A stretch of 64,000 bases of DNA from an uncultured Azospirillum sp. (lineage in GTDB: Bacteria; Pseudomonadota; Alphaproteobacteria; CACIAM-22H2). The notes below the pieces were generated by a model. It was not told where the DNA came from. It did no database searches and saw only the letters and a list, made by a program, of their open reading frames with translations. The number at the start of each line of letters is the position of its first letter. Position 1 is the stretch's first letter. Of this stretch, positions 38,495 to 48,392 are shown piece by piece. Both the position numbers and the translations under genes were made by a program. The stretch spans positions 693-64,692 of the forward strand of contig CAYQDN010000023.1 in assembly GCA_964416335.1 (NCBI GenBank). Reading direction: 5' to 3'.

Positions 38495-39883
38495 ATGAAT
38501 TACGTTACTGAACAAAAAAGCCTCGTTCGACCCGGAATCGGCTGGTTTGTCGCCCGCCTGACCGATCGTACGATGCGCGGTATCGCCATCGGCATAAGTG
38601 CAATGATCCGGTCCGGCGAATTGCCGGTCGGAACGCCGCTCCCGCCGGTCCGAGAACTGGCTTGGGCACTCGGCGTCAGTCCGGCGACCGTTTCGACGGC
38701 CTGGAAGGAGCTTCGCCAATATCGCGTGATCAGCGGTCGCGGGCGGACCGGCATGTGGGTCAGCGGCGACCAGATGACGCTGCGCCCGATGCGCTTCACG
38801 CAGACGGGCAATCTCGGCGCCGGTGCGATGGACCTGACAATGGCCGTTCCGGATCCGGCCCTTCTGCCGCCGTTGGTCGAGGCGCTGACGATCGGCGCGC
38901 AGGCGGAGCATCTGAACAGCTACCAGCGCACGCCGATCCTGCGCAGCCTCGAAGAAGCGGTACGGCCGGACTGGCCGTACGACGCGGAGGCATTCATCGC
39001 CACGAACGGCGGCTATGAAGCCATTCACGCGGTTCTTCAGGCGCTGGTGATGCCCGGATCGGTGCTCGCCGTCGAGGATCCGACGGCGCTCCGGCTTCTC
39101 GACATCGTCGACCATGCCAAGGCACATGTCATTCCTATCCGCTCGGATGCCGAAGGGCCCGTCGCGAGCGATCTTGCGGCAGCATTGGAAAAGAAGCCGA
39201 GTGCGTTTCTCTATCAACCGCGCACACATGCTGTGACCGGAATTGGGACAAGCATGCAGCGCATGCGCGATCTTGCCCAGTTGCTGCGCAATTGCGACGT
39301 GCTGATCATTGAGGACGACGGCGTGGGCGACATTTCGTCCCGACCGGCGGTCAGCCTCGGCAAGAAGCTGCCCCTCCAGACGATCCATATTCGTTCCTAT
39401 TCCAAGTCGCTCGGGCCGGATATGCGATTGGGCGTGCTCTCCGGTTCACAGAAGAACGTCGAGCGGATCCAGGCCTATCGGAGCTTCGGCGCCGGTTGGA
39501 CAAGTCGAATCCTCCAAGCCGCAGCCGCCTGGCTCATCCTCGACCCCGCGACGGGCACTGCAATCGATCGGGCGCGCACGACCTATTCGTCCCGTCGCCG
39601 CAGCCTGATCGAGGCGGCTCGAAAGCGGGGACTGAAGCTGGCGGACGAGGACGGATTGAGCGTCTGGGTTCCCGTGAATTCCGAGCAGTACGCGCAACTC
39701 ACGCTCGCTGCGCGGCGCATCGCAGTGCTTCCCGGGCGAATGTTCTCGGCAGCGCCGGGCGAGCATATCCGCATTGCAACCAGCCTGCTTTCGCACGACG
39801 TCGATATCCTGGCCGATGCGCTGGCACTCGTTATGCCCGACGGCCGGCCATCAGCCTCGAATGGCGGCAAATTCGAATACTAG
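38495..39883 (+). CDS. MocR-subfamily GntR regulator (wHTH fused to PLP aminotransferase-like domain)
   Basis: 462 aa. wHTH 'LPPVRELAWALGVSPATVSTAWKELR' and PLP-lysine motif 'SYSKSLGPDMRLG'. Confidence 0.85.
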   Translation: MNYVTEQKSLVRPGIGWFVARLTDRTMRGIAIGISAMIRSGELPVGTPLPPVRELAWALGVSPATVSTAWKELRQYRVISGRGRTGMWVSGDQMTLRPMRFTQTGNLGAGAMDLTMAVPDPALLPPLVEALTIGAQAEHLNSYQRTPILRSLEEAVRPDWPYDAEAFIATNGGYEAIHAVLQALVMPGSVLAVEDPTALRLLDIVDHAKAHVIPIRSDAEGPVASDLAAALEKKPSAFLYQPRTHAVTGIGTSMQRMRDLAQLLRNCDVLIIEDDGVGDISSRPAVSLGKKLPLQTIHIRSYSKSLGPDMRLGVLSGSQKNVERIQAYRSFGAGWTSRILQAAAAWLILDPATGTAIDRARTTYSSRRRSLIEAARKRGLKLADEDGLSVWVPVNSEQYAQLTLAARRIAVLPGRMFSAAPGEHIRIATSLLSHDVDILADALALVMPDGRPSASNGGKFEY

Positions 39884-39930
39884 GTGCAACCCAATCTTTG
39901 GGAGCGGAAGCGCGGCCTGCCGCACAGCGA

Positions 39931-40911
39931 TCAGAACAGGCCGTGATGATCGGCGGCTTTGCCGATCGTGGCTCGGCCGGCCTTTAGTGCGGTCGAGGAT
40001 CGCTGGATCGGGAAGCGTTCGGCGCAGACTTTCTGCAATTCGCCGATCAGCCGCCGGCAGGCCGGCGAGAGGACACCGCTGCGTCGGAGGGTCAATCCGA
40101 CCGGTCGGTCCCAGTCGAGCCAGCGGATCCCGGCCGGTACTACGCCGGCGCATTCGCGGCCCGGCGCCATCGTTACCGAGGGCAGGAAACCGAGACAGTC
40201 CGTCTCCAGGATCATCGCGCGCATGAACGACAGCGCGTTCGTCTCGATCGCGAGCTTGGGTGCCTGCAGCCCGTGCGACTTCAGAGCGATCTCGAGATGC
40301 TGGCGGGTGACGATCGTGGTTGCGGGCAGGATCCAGCGGTAGTGCTCGAGTTCCTTCTTCGCCGGGTTGCGCTTTTCAAGAAGCGGATGGCCCGGCCGGC
40401 ATGCGACGACGACGCGGTCGACGAAGAGCGTTTCCTGAACGAGGTCGGAATCGTCCGGCTGGTCGACCAGATTGGAAATCACGACGTCGATCTCGCCGGC
40501 GCGCAGCCATTCGAACAGCCTGTCGTGCAGACCGCCGATTACCGTCAGTTTCAGGTCGTTGCGGCCCTTGAGCAGGCGGGCCGTCGCGATCGGCAGCACG
40601 CTGGCGATGACGCTGGGGGCCGAGCCGATGACGATGCGGCCCTCGCGCCCGTCGCGGATGGCGCCGACGGCGCGTTCAGCCTCGCTGACCTCTATCGCGA
40701 TGGCGCGCGCATGCTGGGCGAATTCGCGGCCGAATTCCGTGGCCAACACGCCGCGTGGCGTGCGCTCGAACAGCTTGACGCCCAGATACGCCTCGAGCCG
40801 CCGCAGGCTCTTGCTGAGTGCAGGCTGGGAGATGCCGAGCGCCTTCGCGGCCCGGACGAGACTGCGGTGATCGATCAGCGCCACGACGTGGCGCATCTGC
40901 TGGAGCTGCAT
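39931..40911 (-). CDS. LysR-family transcriptional regulator
   Basis: 'MQLQQMRHVVALIDHRSLVRAAKALGISQPALSKSLRRLE'. Divergent from tctB. Confidence 0.88.
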   Translation of the reverse strand: MQLQQMRHVVALIDHRSLVRAAKALGISQPALSKSLRRLEAYLGVKLFERTPRGVLATEFGREFAQHARAIAIEVSEAERAVGAIRDGREGRIVIGSAPSVIASVLPIATARLLKGRNDLKLTVIGGLHDRLFEWLRAGEIDVVISNLVDQPDDSDLVQETLFVDRVVVACRPGHPLLEKRNPAKKELEHYRWILPATTIVTRQHLEIALKSHGLQAPKLAIETNALSFMRAMILETDCLGFLPSVTMAPGRECAGVVPAGIRWLDWDRPVGLTLRRSGVLSPACRRLIGELQKVCAERFPIQRSSTALKAGRATIGKAADHHGLF

Positions 40912-41080
40912 GGCTATATCCGATGGTTATGGATCCGGGCCCAGATGGTAGTTGTTCCAACTTCGAGGAAGTGTCAAGTTTTTGGGGAAGTCGGACCGCG
41001 CGCGACGGAATGCGTGCGGCCGAAGGAGGAGACGAAACCGTGACAGATCAGGCATCTGCGCGCATCTTGGCAACCCGGAC

Positions 41081-41581
41081 ATGAGTGCGCCCGACGACAC
41101 TTCCGGATTCGCGAAATCGGATGCCTTCTTTGCTCTTTCGATGATTGCTGTCTCCCTGCTGACGATGTGGGGCCTGCGCAACCAGCCCAAGGCGCCGTAT
41201 GACCCCGTCGGCGCCGCGGCCATCCCGTTTTGGACGGCCGTGATCGTGTTGGCACTGGCCGTTGTGCTGCTCGCGCGGGTTTGGTTGCGCAAAGCAACAC
41301 GAGGCGATGCGATGTCCTTGTTCACTGCATCGGAAGCTGTCGACGATACCTATACGGTCGCACCTCGCCTTTCGGTCTACGCGATCGGTTTGTCTTTCCT
41401 ATATGCGGCGGCCATCCCGCTTGCGGGATTCATGGTCGCGTCCGTGGCCTATATGACCGTGCTCGGCTGGACGCTTGGCGACCGATCGCCGCGATCACTG
41501 GCGATTGTGATTGCCGTCGCCTTGATCGGCGGCGCCGGGCTCGATCTCGGTTTCCGCGCACTTCTCATCGATCTTCCGTAG
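41081..41581 (+). CDS. tctB: Tripartite tricarboxylate transporter small membrane subunit
   Basis: 166 aa from ATG 41081, with 4 hydrophobic helices. Sits immediately upstream of tctA. Confidence 0.7.
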   Translation: MSAPDDTSGFAKSDAFFALSMIAVSLLTMWGLRNQPKAPYDPVGAAAIPFWTAVIVLALAVVLLARVWLRKATRGDAMSLFTASEAVDDTYTVAPRLSVYAIGLSFLYAAAIPLAGFMVASVAYMTVLGWTLGDRSPRSLAIVIAVALIGGAGLDLGFRALLIDLP

Positions 41582-41591
41582 GGCGCATCGC

Positions 41592-43079
41592 ATGGATCTA
41601 GTCCAAGGGTTTCTCCATCTCCTGACGCCCGGTCCATTCGCCCTGTTGATGATCGGGACGCTGCTCGGCATCATCGTCGGCGCGCTGCCGGGCCTTACGG
41701 GCGGCGCGTTGCTGGCGCTGTCGTTGCCATTCACATACCGGATGAGCAGCGTCGATGGCGTCATCCTGATGACGTCGATGTATGTCGGCGGGATATCCGG
41801 TGGCCTGATCACCGCCACGCTCATGCGCATCCCGGGCGAACCGTCGTCGGTGGTGACGACGCTCGACGGATTTCCGATGGCGCGCGGCGGCCGGCCGGGG
41901 CGCGCGCTCGGGCTCGGCATCTCCGCATCGCTGATTGGCGGTGCTCTGTCGTGGGTAGCACTTGTCACGTTGTCTCCGATGATGGCGCGGCTGGCGCTGG
42001 TATTCGGGCCGTTCGAGAATTTCTCGCTGGTCCTGATGGCGCTGGTCCTGATAGCGGCACTCAGTCAGGGCTCGGTCATCAAGGGACTGCTGTCGGGCCT
42101 GTTCGGCATGCTGGTGTCGTATCCCGGCATCGATGAGACGTCGGGACAGAAACGCCTGACGTTCGGCTTCGACGGCCTCGATGCCGGTTTCAGCAATCTT
42201 GCCGTGATCCTTGGGGTTTTTGCGATAAGCCAGGTCTTGGCCGACGCGATGCACGCGCGCCAGCGCTTCGAACGTCTGGATCCAAACGTAAAGGGGATAT
42301 TCCTGTCCCCGGCCGATTATGTCCGGCAGTCGTGGAACATCTTGCGTTCCGCCATTATCGGCATCTGGATCGGCATTCTTCCGGGGGTGGGGGCCAGCAT
42401 CAGTTCGATCGTCGCGTATTCGACGGCGAAGAACATGTCGAAGACACCCGAGAAATTCGGGACCGGCTTCGAGGACGGCATCGTGGCATCGGAAACCGCG
42501 AACAACGCCAACACCGGCGGCGCGCTGATCCCGATGATTACGCTCGGCATTCCGGGAAGTCCGGCGGCGTCGATCCTGCTTGCGGGCTTGTTGATGCACA
42601 ACATTCAGCCGGGCCCGACGCTGTTCACGAATTCGCCGGAAGTTGTCAACGCACTGATGGCTACGCACCTCGCCGCGCACATCGCCATGTTCGTCATGAT
42701 GGTTGCCGGCTGCATGCTGATCGCGCGGTTGATGTATGTACAGCGTGCCTACGTGCTGCCGATCATCTTCGTGCTGTGCGTTATCGGCGGACTCGCCGAG
42801 AATGGCCGCATGTTCGACGTGTGGACGATGATCGTGTTTGGCGTCGTCGGTTTCGGACTCGAGATGGCGGGCGTGCCGCTCGGTCCGTTCGTCATCGGAC
42901 TTATCCTGGCGCCGCTTGCCGAAGGTCAGTTGCGCGCCGGCTTGATGGCTTCTGACGGTTCACTGCTGCCACTATTCGAGCGGCCGATCACGCTGTTCTT
43001 CCTTATCGTTTCCGCCCTGATGTTCGTCTGGCCGATCTGGCGCGACTGGCGCCGCAGGCGGCATTTTGCCGTCGCCTGA
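41592..43079 (+). CDS. tctA: Tripartite tricarboxylate transporter large permease
   Basis: 495 aa, polytopic. 'IGILPGVGASISSIVAYSTAK' and 'TLGIPGSPAASILL'. Confidence 0.88.
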   Translation: MDLVQGFLHLLTPGPFALLMIGTLLGIIVGALPGLTGGALLALSLPFTYRMSSVDGVILMTSMYVGGISGGLITATLMRIPGEPSSVVTTLDGFPMARGGRPGRALGLGISASLIGGALSWVALVTLSPMMARLALVFGPFENFSLVLMALVLIAALSQGSVIKGLLSGLFGMLVSYPGIDETSGQKRLTFGFDGLDAGFSNLAVILGVFAISQVLADAMHARQRFERLDPNVKGIFLSPADYVRQSWNILRSAIIGIWIGILPGVGASISSIVAYSTAKNMSKTPEKFGTGFEDGIVASETANNANTGGALIPMITLGIPGSPAASILLAGLLMHNIQPGPTLFTNSPEVVNALMATHLAAHIAMFVMMVAGCMLIARLMYVQRAYVLPIIFVLCVIGGLAENGRMFDVWTMIVFGVVGFGLEMAGVPLGPFVIGLILAPLAEGQLRAGLMASDGSLLPLFERPITLFFLIVSALMFVWPIWRDWRRRRHFAVA

Positions 43080-43107
43080 ACCCCCTTCGACACGGAGGAT
43101 TCCCCCA

Positions 43108-44052
43108 ATGCGCCGTAGAGAATTCGTCGCCGGTTCACTTGCCGCCACGCTTGCCGCACCGGCGTTTGCCCAGTCCTATCCCGAAAAGCCGATCCGCATA
43201 ATCGTCCCGAACCCGCCGGGCGGCAGCGCCGACTACATCGCACGATTTTTTCAGGCCCCGTTGCAGCGCGTTCTTGGCCAGCCGCTTGCCGTATCGAACG
43301 TGGTCGGCGCCGGCACGGCGGTCGGCAACCGGCAGGTCCGAGATTCGGCACCCGACGGCCACACCGTCCTAGCGGTCCATCAGGCGCTGCTGACGGCGGC
43401 AACATTGAAAGTAATGGATTTCGGCCCCGAAGCTTTCGCGCCGGTGGCTCAGGTCGCCACCGAATACGTCACGGTCGTCGTCAACCGCAAATCGCCGTAC
43501 CAGGACCTGCCGTCCTTCATCGCCGCGGCGAAGGCTGGCGACCTGAAGGCCGGCGTGCAGATCGGGGCCATCAACCATTTCCTGTTTCTCTCGCTCGGCG
43601 ATGCGACGGGGACCAAGTTCCGCTACGTCAACACGGGCGGCGGTGGACCGACGCGGACCGCGCTGGCCGGCGGACACGTCGATTGCGCATTCCTGACGGT
43701 CAACGAGGCGAAGCCCCTGGTCGATTCCGGCGACCTGACAATCGCGGGCATCTTTGCGCCCCAACGCCTTCCCGGGTGGCCCGATCTGCGCACGTCGCGC
43801 GAGCAGGGCATAAACCTTTTGCTCAACCTGAACTACTGGTGGTGGATGCCGAAAGCGACACCGCGCGACCGGGTTGACCGCTTCGCCGAGGCGCTGCGCG
43901 CATCGATGTCCGATCCGGAGGTCGTGCAGAAGTTCACCGAGTTCAACATGACGCCGGCCTTCATGAAGGGGCCCGAGCTCGAGGTTGAAATCGCCCGTCA
44001 ATACGAGGAAATGAAAAAGCTGGCCGAACGCAACAACGTCACTGCCGGATAA
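43108..44052 (+). CDS. tctC: Tripartite tricarboxylate transporter substrate-binding protein (Bug/TctC family)
   Basis: ATG 43108 after GGAGGA. Signal 'MRRREFVAGSLAATLAAPAFAQ' and 'YPEKPIRIIVPNPPGGSADY'. Confidence 0.88.
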   Translation: MRRREFVAGSLAATLAAPAFAQSYPEKPIRIIVPNPPGGSADYIARFFQAPLQRVLGQPLAVSNVVGAGTAVGNRQVRDSAPDGHTVLAVHQALLTAATLKVMDFGPEAFAPVAQVATEYVTVVVNRKSPYQDLPSFIAAAKAGDLKAGVQIGAINHFLFLSLGDATGTKFRYVNTGGGGPTRTALAGGHVDCAFLTVNEAKPLVDSGDLTIAGIFAPQRLPGWPDLRTSREQGINLLLNLNYWWWMPKATPRDRVDRFAEALRASMSDPEVVQKFTEFNMTPAFMKGPELEVEIARQYEEMKKLAERNNVTAG

Positions 44053-44072
44053 CCGGAACAGGGGAGGGGAAC

Positions 44073-45419
44073 ATGACAGCAGGAACAGGTCGCCGCGAGG
44101 TGCTTGCCGGTGCGGCCGCATTGGGGACGCTTGCCTGGACGCCGCGCGCGCGCGCCCAGACGCCCAAGGTCGAGCCCTTCACGATCGTCATCAACAATTC
44201 GCCGTGGTTCGACGGATTCCGCGGCGCGGTCGAGGCGTACGAGAAGGAGAGCGGCAACAAGGTCAATCTCGACGTCAATCCGTTCGGCGGCAGCCTCGAG
44301 AAGCAGCGCGCGTCGGTGCGCGCGAAGGACGGGCTGTTCGATCTCCTGATCATGAACGGCCTCTATTATCAGGAGATGTACCACGGCGGCTTCCTGACGC
44401 CGATCAACGAGATCGATCCGGCATTCAAGCTTGATCCCCAGATGATCCGCTACGACAACACGGTCTTCTGGAACGAGACGAGCAAGACCCACGATCCCAA
44501 CGGCAAGCTGATGTCCGTGCCGGTCAACGGCAACATCCCGCTGCTGCTCTACCGCGCGGACCTCTACGAGCAGAACAAGTTGAAGGTTCCCGAGACCTGG
44601 GACGAGCTTCTCTCCAATGCCAAGAAGCTGCACAATCCGCCGCGCATCTACGGCATCGTCCAACGCGGAGCGCGCGGTTCCCCGAACGACATTTCGTACG
44701 ACTGGTGGCCGTATCTCTACAGCTTCGGCGGCAAGCTGTTCCGCGACGAGCCGAAGGGCGACTACACGATCACGATCAACAGTCCCGAAGCGAAGAAGGC
44801 GCTGGATTTCTATATCCAGATGGCCAAGGAGGCCGGGCATCCGCAGACCGGTGGCCTTGCGCAGGCGCAGATCATCCAGAACCTCGCGACCGGACGTGCG
44901 GCGCATGCGCTTCTCGTGATCGCCGCATGGTCCCAGATGGACGACCCGAGCAAGTCGGCCGTCGTCGGCAAGCTCAATGCCGCACGCGTGCCGGGGTCGG
45001 CGAACGGCAAGCCTGCACCCGTTCTGGGGCACTGGCTGGCGGGCGTTCCAAAGAACGTGCCGAAAGGACGGCAAGTCGCAGCACTGGCGTTCCTCAACTG
45101 GTTCCAGACGCGCGATGCGCAGATGAAATACCTGGCCGCTGGCGCACCGCCGGTGCGCCAGGACGTCCTTTCCGATCAGAATCTCTGGAAGGACCCGAAG
45201 AACCGCTGGATGCCGGCAATGGCGCAGAGCTCCGAATACGTCCAGCTGATGTGGAGCGTGCCGGAAGGCTCGCAGATCGGCGACGTGCTCGAACTGCGGC
45301 TCAACCAGGCGGTCATCGGCGAGCTTGCGACCGACAAGGCGCTCAACATGATCGCGGAAGAGACGCTCGCGATCATGCAACGTGCCGGCTACAAGACCGG
45401 CAAGATCGCCGCACTCTGA
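44073..45419 (+). CDS. Carbohydrate (CUT1) ABC transporter substrate-binding protein
   Basis: 448 aa. TAT-like signal 'GRREVLAGAAALGTLAWTPRARAQ'. Strong SD (GGGGAGGGGA). Confidence 0.8.
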   Translation: MTAGTGRREVLAGAAALGTLAWTPRARAQTPKVEPFTIVINNSPWFDGFRGAVEAYEKESGNKVNLDVNPFGGSLEKQRASVRAKDGLFDLLIMNGLYYQEMYHGGFLTPINEIDPAFKLDPQMIRYDNTVFWNETSKTHDPNGKLMSVPVNGNIPLLLYRADLYEQNKLKVPETWDELLSNAKKLHNPPRIYGIVQRGARGSPNDISYDWWPYLYSFGGKLFRDEPKGDYTITINSPEAKKALDFYIQMAKEAGHPQTGGLAQAQIIQNLATGRAAHALLVIAAWSQMDDPSKSAVVGKLNAARVPGSANGKPAPVLGHWLAGVPKNVPKGRQVAALAFLNWFQTRDAQMKYLAAGAPPVRQDVLSDQNLWKDPKNRWMPAMAQSSEYVQLMWSVPEGSQIGDVLELRLNQAVIGELATDKALNMIAEETLAIMQRAGYKTGKIAAL

Positions 45420-45481
45420 CCTGAAGCACGAAGCGGCGAGGGGGCGACGACGCCCTCTCGCCGCAACCATCGGGAAGCGAA

Positions 45482-46372
45482 ATGGCGAGCCGGAACGTGA
45501 AGGTCGATACGAAATGGCGCGCGATCGCTTTGTCGCCCGCCGTCGCGATCTTCCTGCTGATGTCGGTGCTGCCGGTGCTGAACCTGCTGGCGATGGGCGT
45601 CAATGAGATCAGCTGGTCGGGCGGCCATTCGGTGTGGACCTATGTGGGCGGTGCGCATTACGGCCGGTTGGCCGGCGATACGCTGCTACGGACGGGGGCC
45701 TTCAACACGATGCTGTTCGCCGTCGGCGGCGTTTCGGCAGAAGTCATCCTCGGTTTTCTCCTGGCATGGATCGTCAGCCGGATGGACCGCTCGCGCCTCG
45801 TCTACCGCACGATCTTCATCCTGCCGATCCTAGTGCCCGGAATTCTGATCGGTGCCATCTGGAAGCTGATGCTCAATTACGATTTCGGGCTCGTCAACGG
45901 CGCGCTCGAGCTGTTCGGCATCGTTCCGCTCGACTGGCTTGGAACGCCTGCACTGGCGCTGCCATCTGTCATCGTCGTCGATATCTGGCACTGGACCCCG
46001 TTCTGTTTCCTGCTGCTGCTCGCCGGTTTCGAGTCGCTGCCGCAGGACGTGCAGGAGGCCGCGCGCGTCGATGGGGCGGGCACGTGGAACGAGCTGCGCT
46101 TCGTCCTGATTCCGATGATGATGCCGGTCATCGTTGTCACGTTCCTGTTCCGCTTCGTGACCTCGTTGAAGGTGTTCGACGAGATCTACCTCCTGACCGC
46201 CGGCGGGCCCGGATCGGCGACCGAAGTCATCAGTTACACGATCTATCGCACCTTCTTCGCGCAGGACCGGATGGGTTATGGCTCGGCGATGTCGGTCGCA
46301 GTCTTGTTCGGCATAGCAATCCTAATTGTCGGGGCGCTGTCTGCAGCTCGGCGGCAGGGAGGTCGGGCATGA
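45482..46372 (+). CDS. Carbohydrate ABC transporter permease (MalF-like)
   Basis: 296 aa. EAA loop 'QEAARVDGAGTWNELRFVLIPMM'. Confidence 0.85.
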   Translation: MASRNVKVDTKWRAIALSPAVAIFLLMSVLPVLNLLAMGVNEISWSGGHSVWTYVGGAHYGRLAGDTLLRTGAFNTMLFAVGGVSAEVILGFLLAWIVSRMDRSRLVYRTIFILPILVPGILIGAIWKLMLNYDFGLVNGALELFGIVPLDWLGTPALALPSVIVVDIWHWTPFCFLLLLAGFESLPQDVQEAARVDGAGTWNELRFVLIPMMMPVIVVTFLFRFVTSLKVFDEIYLLTAGGPGSATEVISYTIYRTFFAQDRMGYGSAMSVAVLFGIAILIVGALSAARRQGGRA

Positions 46373-47199
46373 TGCCCCTTTCCCGCAACGCGATGCTTGC
46401 ATTCCATCTGTTCCTGATCGGCGTCGCGCTTTTCGTTCTGGTGCCATTCGTCTGGATCGTCGCGGCCGGGTTCAAGACGCAGATCTCGCTGTTGCAGGGA
46501 GAGATATTCTTCACGCCGACCCTGACCAGCTTTCGCGAGGTGTTGTTTTCGAAGACGACCGAGTTCCTCGCCAACACCACGAACAGTTTCATTGTCGCGA
46601 CGGCGAGCACGCTGATCATCCTCGTCGCGGCCACGCTTGGCGGCTACGCGATCGAGCGGATGTCCGTGCCGCGTTGGCTCGTGCACACGCTGCTCGGTTG
46701 GGCGGTCGTGTTCCACATGGTCCCACCGATCACGCTGGTGGCAGCATGGTTTCCGATCTATCGCGAGCTCGGTCTTGACAACACGTATCTCGGTCTGACA
46801 CTCGGCCATGTCGCCGTACACCTGCCGATGGCGCTGTGGCTGATGACCAATTTCGTGCGCGACGTGCCGATCGAACTGGAGGAGGCCGCCCGTATCGATG
46901 GCTGCTCCACGCCGTTCCTGATCTGGCGGATCATCGTGCCACTAGTTGCTCCGGGCCTCGCTGCCACAGCGATCCTGATGTTCATCTTCAGCTGGAACGA
47001 GTTCGCGGTCGCACTGAACCTGACGGCCAAGCAGACCGCGACGATTCCCGTCGCGATCGCCAAGTTCGCGCAAGGTTACGAGATCAAATACGGCGAGATG
47101 GCGGCTACGGCCGCACTCGCATTGGTGCCCGCACTCGCGTTTCTGCTGTTCGGGCAGCGCTACATCGTGAAGGGACTGACGACGGGGGCCGTGAAATAG
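46369..47199 (+). CDS. Carbohydrate ABC transporter permease (MalG-like)
   Basis: ATG 46369 (ATGA overlap). 'EEAARIDGCSTPFLIWRIIVPLV'. Confidence 0.85.
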   Translation: MMPLSRNAMLAFHLFLIGVALFVLVPFVWIVAAGFKTQISLLQGEIFFTPTLTSFREVLFSKTTEFLANTTNSFIVATASTLIILVAATLGGYAIERMSVPRWLVHTLLGWAVVFHMVPPITLVAAWFPIYRELGLDNTYLGLTLGHVAVHLPMALWLMTNFVRDVPIELEEAARIDGCSTPFLIWRIIVPLVAPGLAATAILMFIFSWNEFAVALNLTAKQTATIPVAIAKFAQGYEIKYGEMAATAALALVPALAFLLFGQRYIVKGLTTGAVK

Positions 47200-47201
47200 A
47201 G

Positions 47202-48392
47202 ATGCCGACGATCTACGGACAGAAACTGACGCGCCGCGAATTCGCGCGCCGCGTGGGCGCCACGCGGCAGATCGCGGGGGTCGAGCTGGTCGAGCACGGT
47301 GACGGCCCGGTGCGCGGCGTGCGTACGCTCGTCTTTCGCACCGGTGCCGGACTCGACTTCTCCGTGCTCGTCGACCGCACGATGGATATCGGCCGCTTCG
47401 ATTACCGCGGCGTGCCGTTCGCGTGGCAGTCGGACACCGGCTTCCGAAATCCGGCTTTCATGGATCCGATGGGCGATGGCGGCAACGGCTTCATGCGCGG
47501 TTTTTCAGGTCTCCTATGCACCTGCGGGTTCGACCATATCCGGCAGCCCGACAAGGGCCCGGCGGACCATTTCGACCTGCCGCTGCGTCGGGAAATCGCC
47601 TATCCGATGCATGGGCGGGGGGCCTTTCAGCCCGCCACACTCGGCGGCTACGGCGAGATCTGGGACGGCGACGAGTGCACGCTATGGTGCGAAGGCACGG
47701 TCGGGCAGGTCCAGGTGATGGGCGAGAACCTGTCCTTCACGCGGCGCATCGAGGCGAAGCTGGGCGGTTCGGACGTGCGCATCGTCGATACCGTAACCAA
47801 CCGCGGCTTCTCGCGCACGCCGCACATGCTGCTCTACCATATCAATGTGGGCTGGCCGATTCTGGAAGCCGGCGCTCGGTTCGTCGCCCCCGTGCGCGGC
47901 ACCTTCGCCTCGAACGTACCGCGCGAGAGCCAGCAGGCCGGCTGGCGCCGGCAGGTCGAGCCGTTGGCACGCTTCGTCCAGCAGGTTTTCGACCACGATG
48001 CCGTCGCCGACGCGAACGGCCGGGTGCCTGCCGCTCTGGTTAACGACCGTATCGGCCTCGGCTTTGTGGTCGAGTATGATGCGAAGCGCTTCATGTGCCT
48101 GCAGCAGTGGCAAGCCTTTGCCGACGGCGTTTACGGGTTCGGCATCGAGCCGGCGACGACGCGTTGGGGCAACCGGGCCGACGCCGAGCGGCGCGGCGAG
48201 CTCGACTGGCTCGAGCATGGTGAACAACGGACCTATTCCACGACACTGTCGGTGCTGCACGGTGCCGCCGATATCGCCGCCCTCGATGCACGGGTCGAGG
48301 CGATCCAGCCCCCATCGACCGACGAATATCCGGTGCGGACCGACCAGGCGCCCGGCGGTCCGTTCGTCGCAACGCTTCCGAGGGTCCGATGA
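47202..48392 (+). CDS. DUF4432 / aldose-1-epimerase-like (mutarotase-fold) protein
   Basis: 396 aa from ATG 47202, 2 nt after the permease stop. 'HMLLYHINVGWP' and 'GFGIEPAT' resemble the galactose-mutarotase-like fold. Assignment is from memory. Confidence 0.55.
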   Translation: MPTIYGQKLTRREFARRVGATRQIAGVELVEHGDGPVRGVRTLVFRTGAGLDFSVLVDRTMDIGRFDYRGVPFAWQSDTGFRNPAFMDPMGDGGNGFMRGFSGLLCTCGFDHIRQPDKGPADHFDLPLRREIAYPMHGRGAFQPATLGGYGEIWDGDECTLWCEGTVGQVQVMGENLSFTRRIEAKLGGSDVRIVDTVTNRGFSRTPHMLLYHINVGWPILEAGARFVAPVRGTFASNVPRESQQAGWRRQVEPLARFVQQVFDHDAVADANGRVPAALVNDRIGLGFVVEYDAKRFMCLQQWQAFADGVYGFGIEPATTRWGNRADAERRGELDWLEHGEQRTYSTTLSVLHGAADIAALDARVEAIQPPSTDEYPVRTDQAPGGPFVATLPRVR

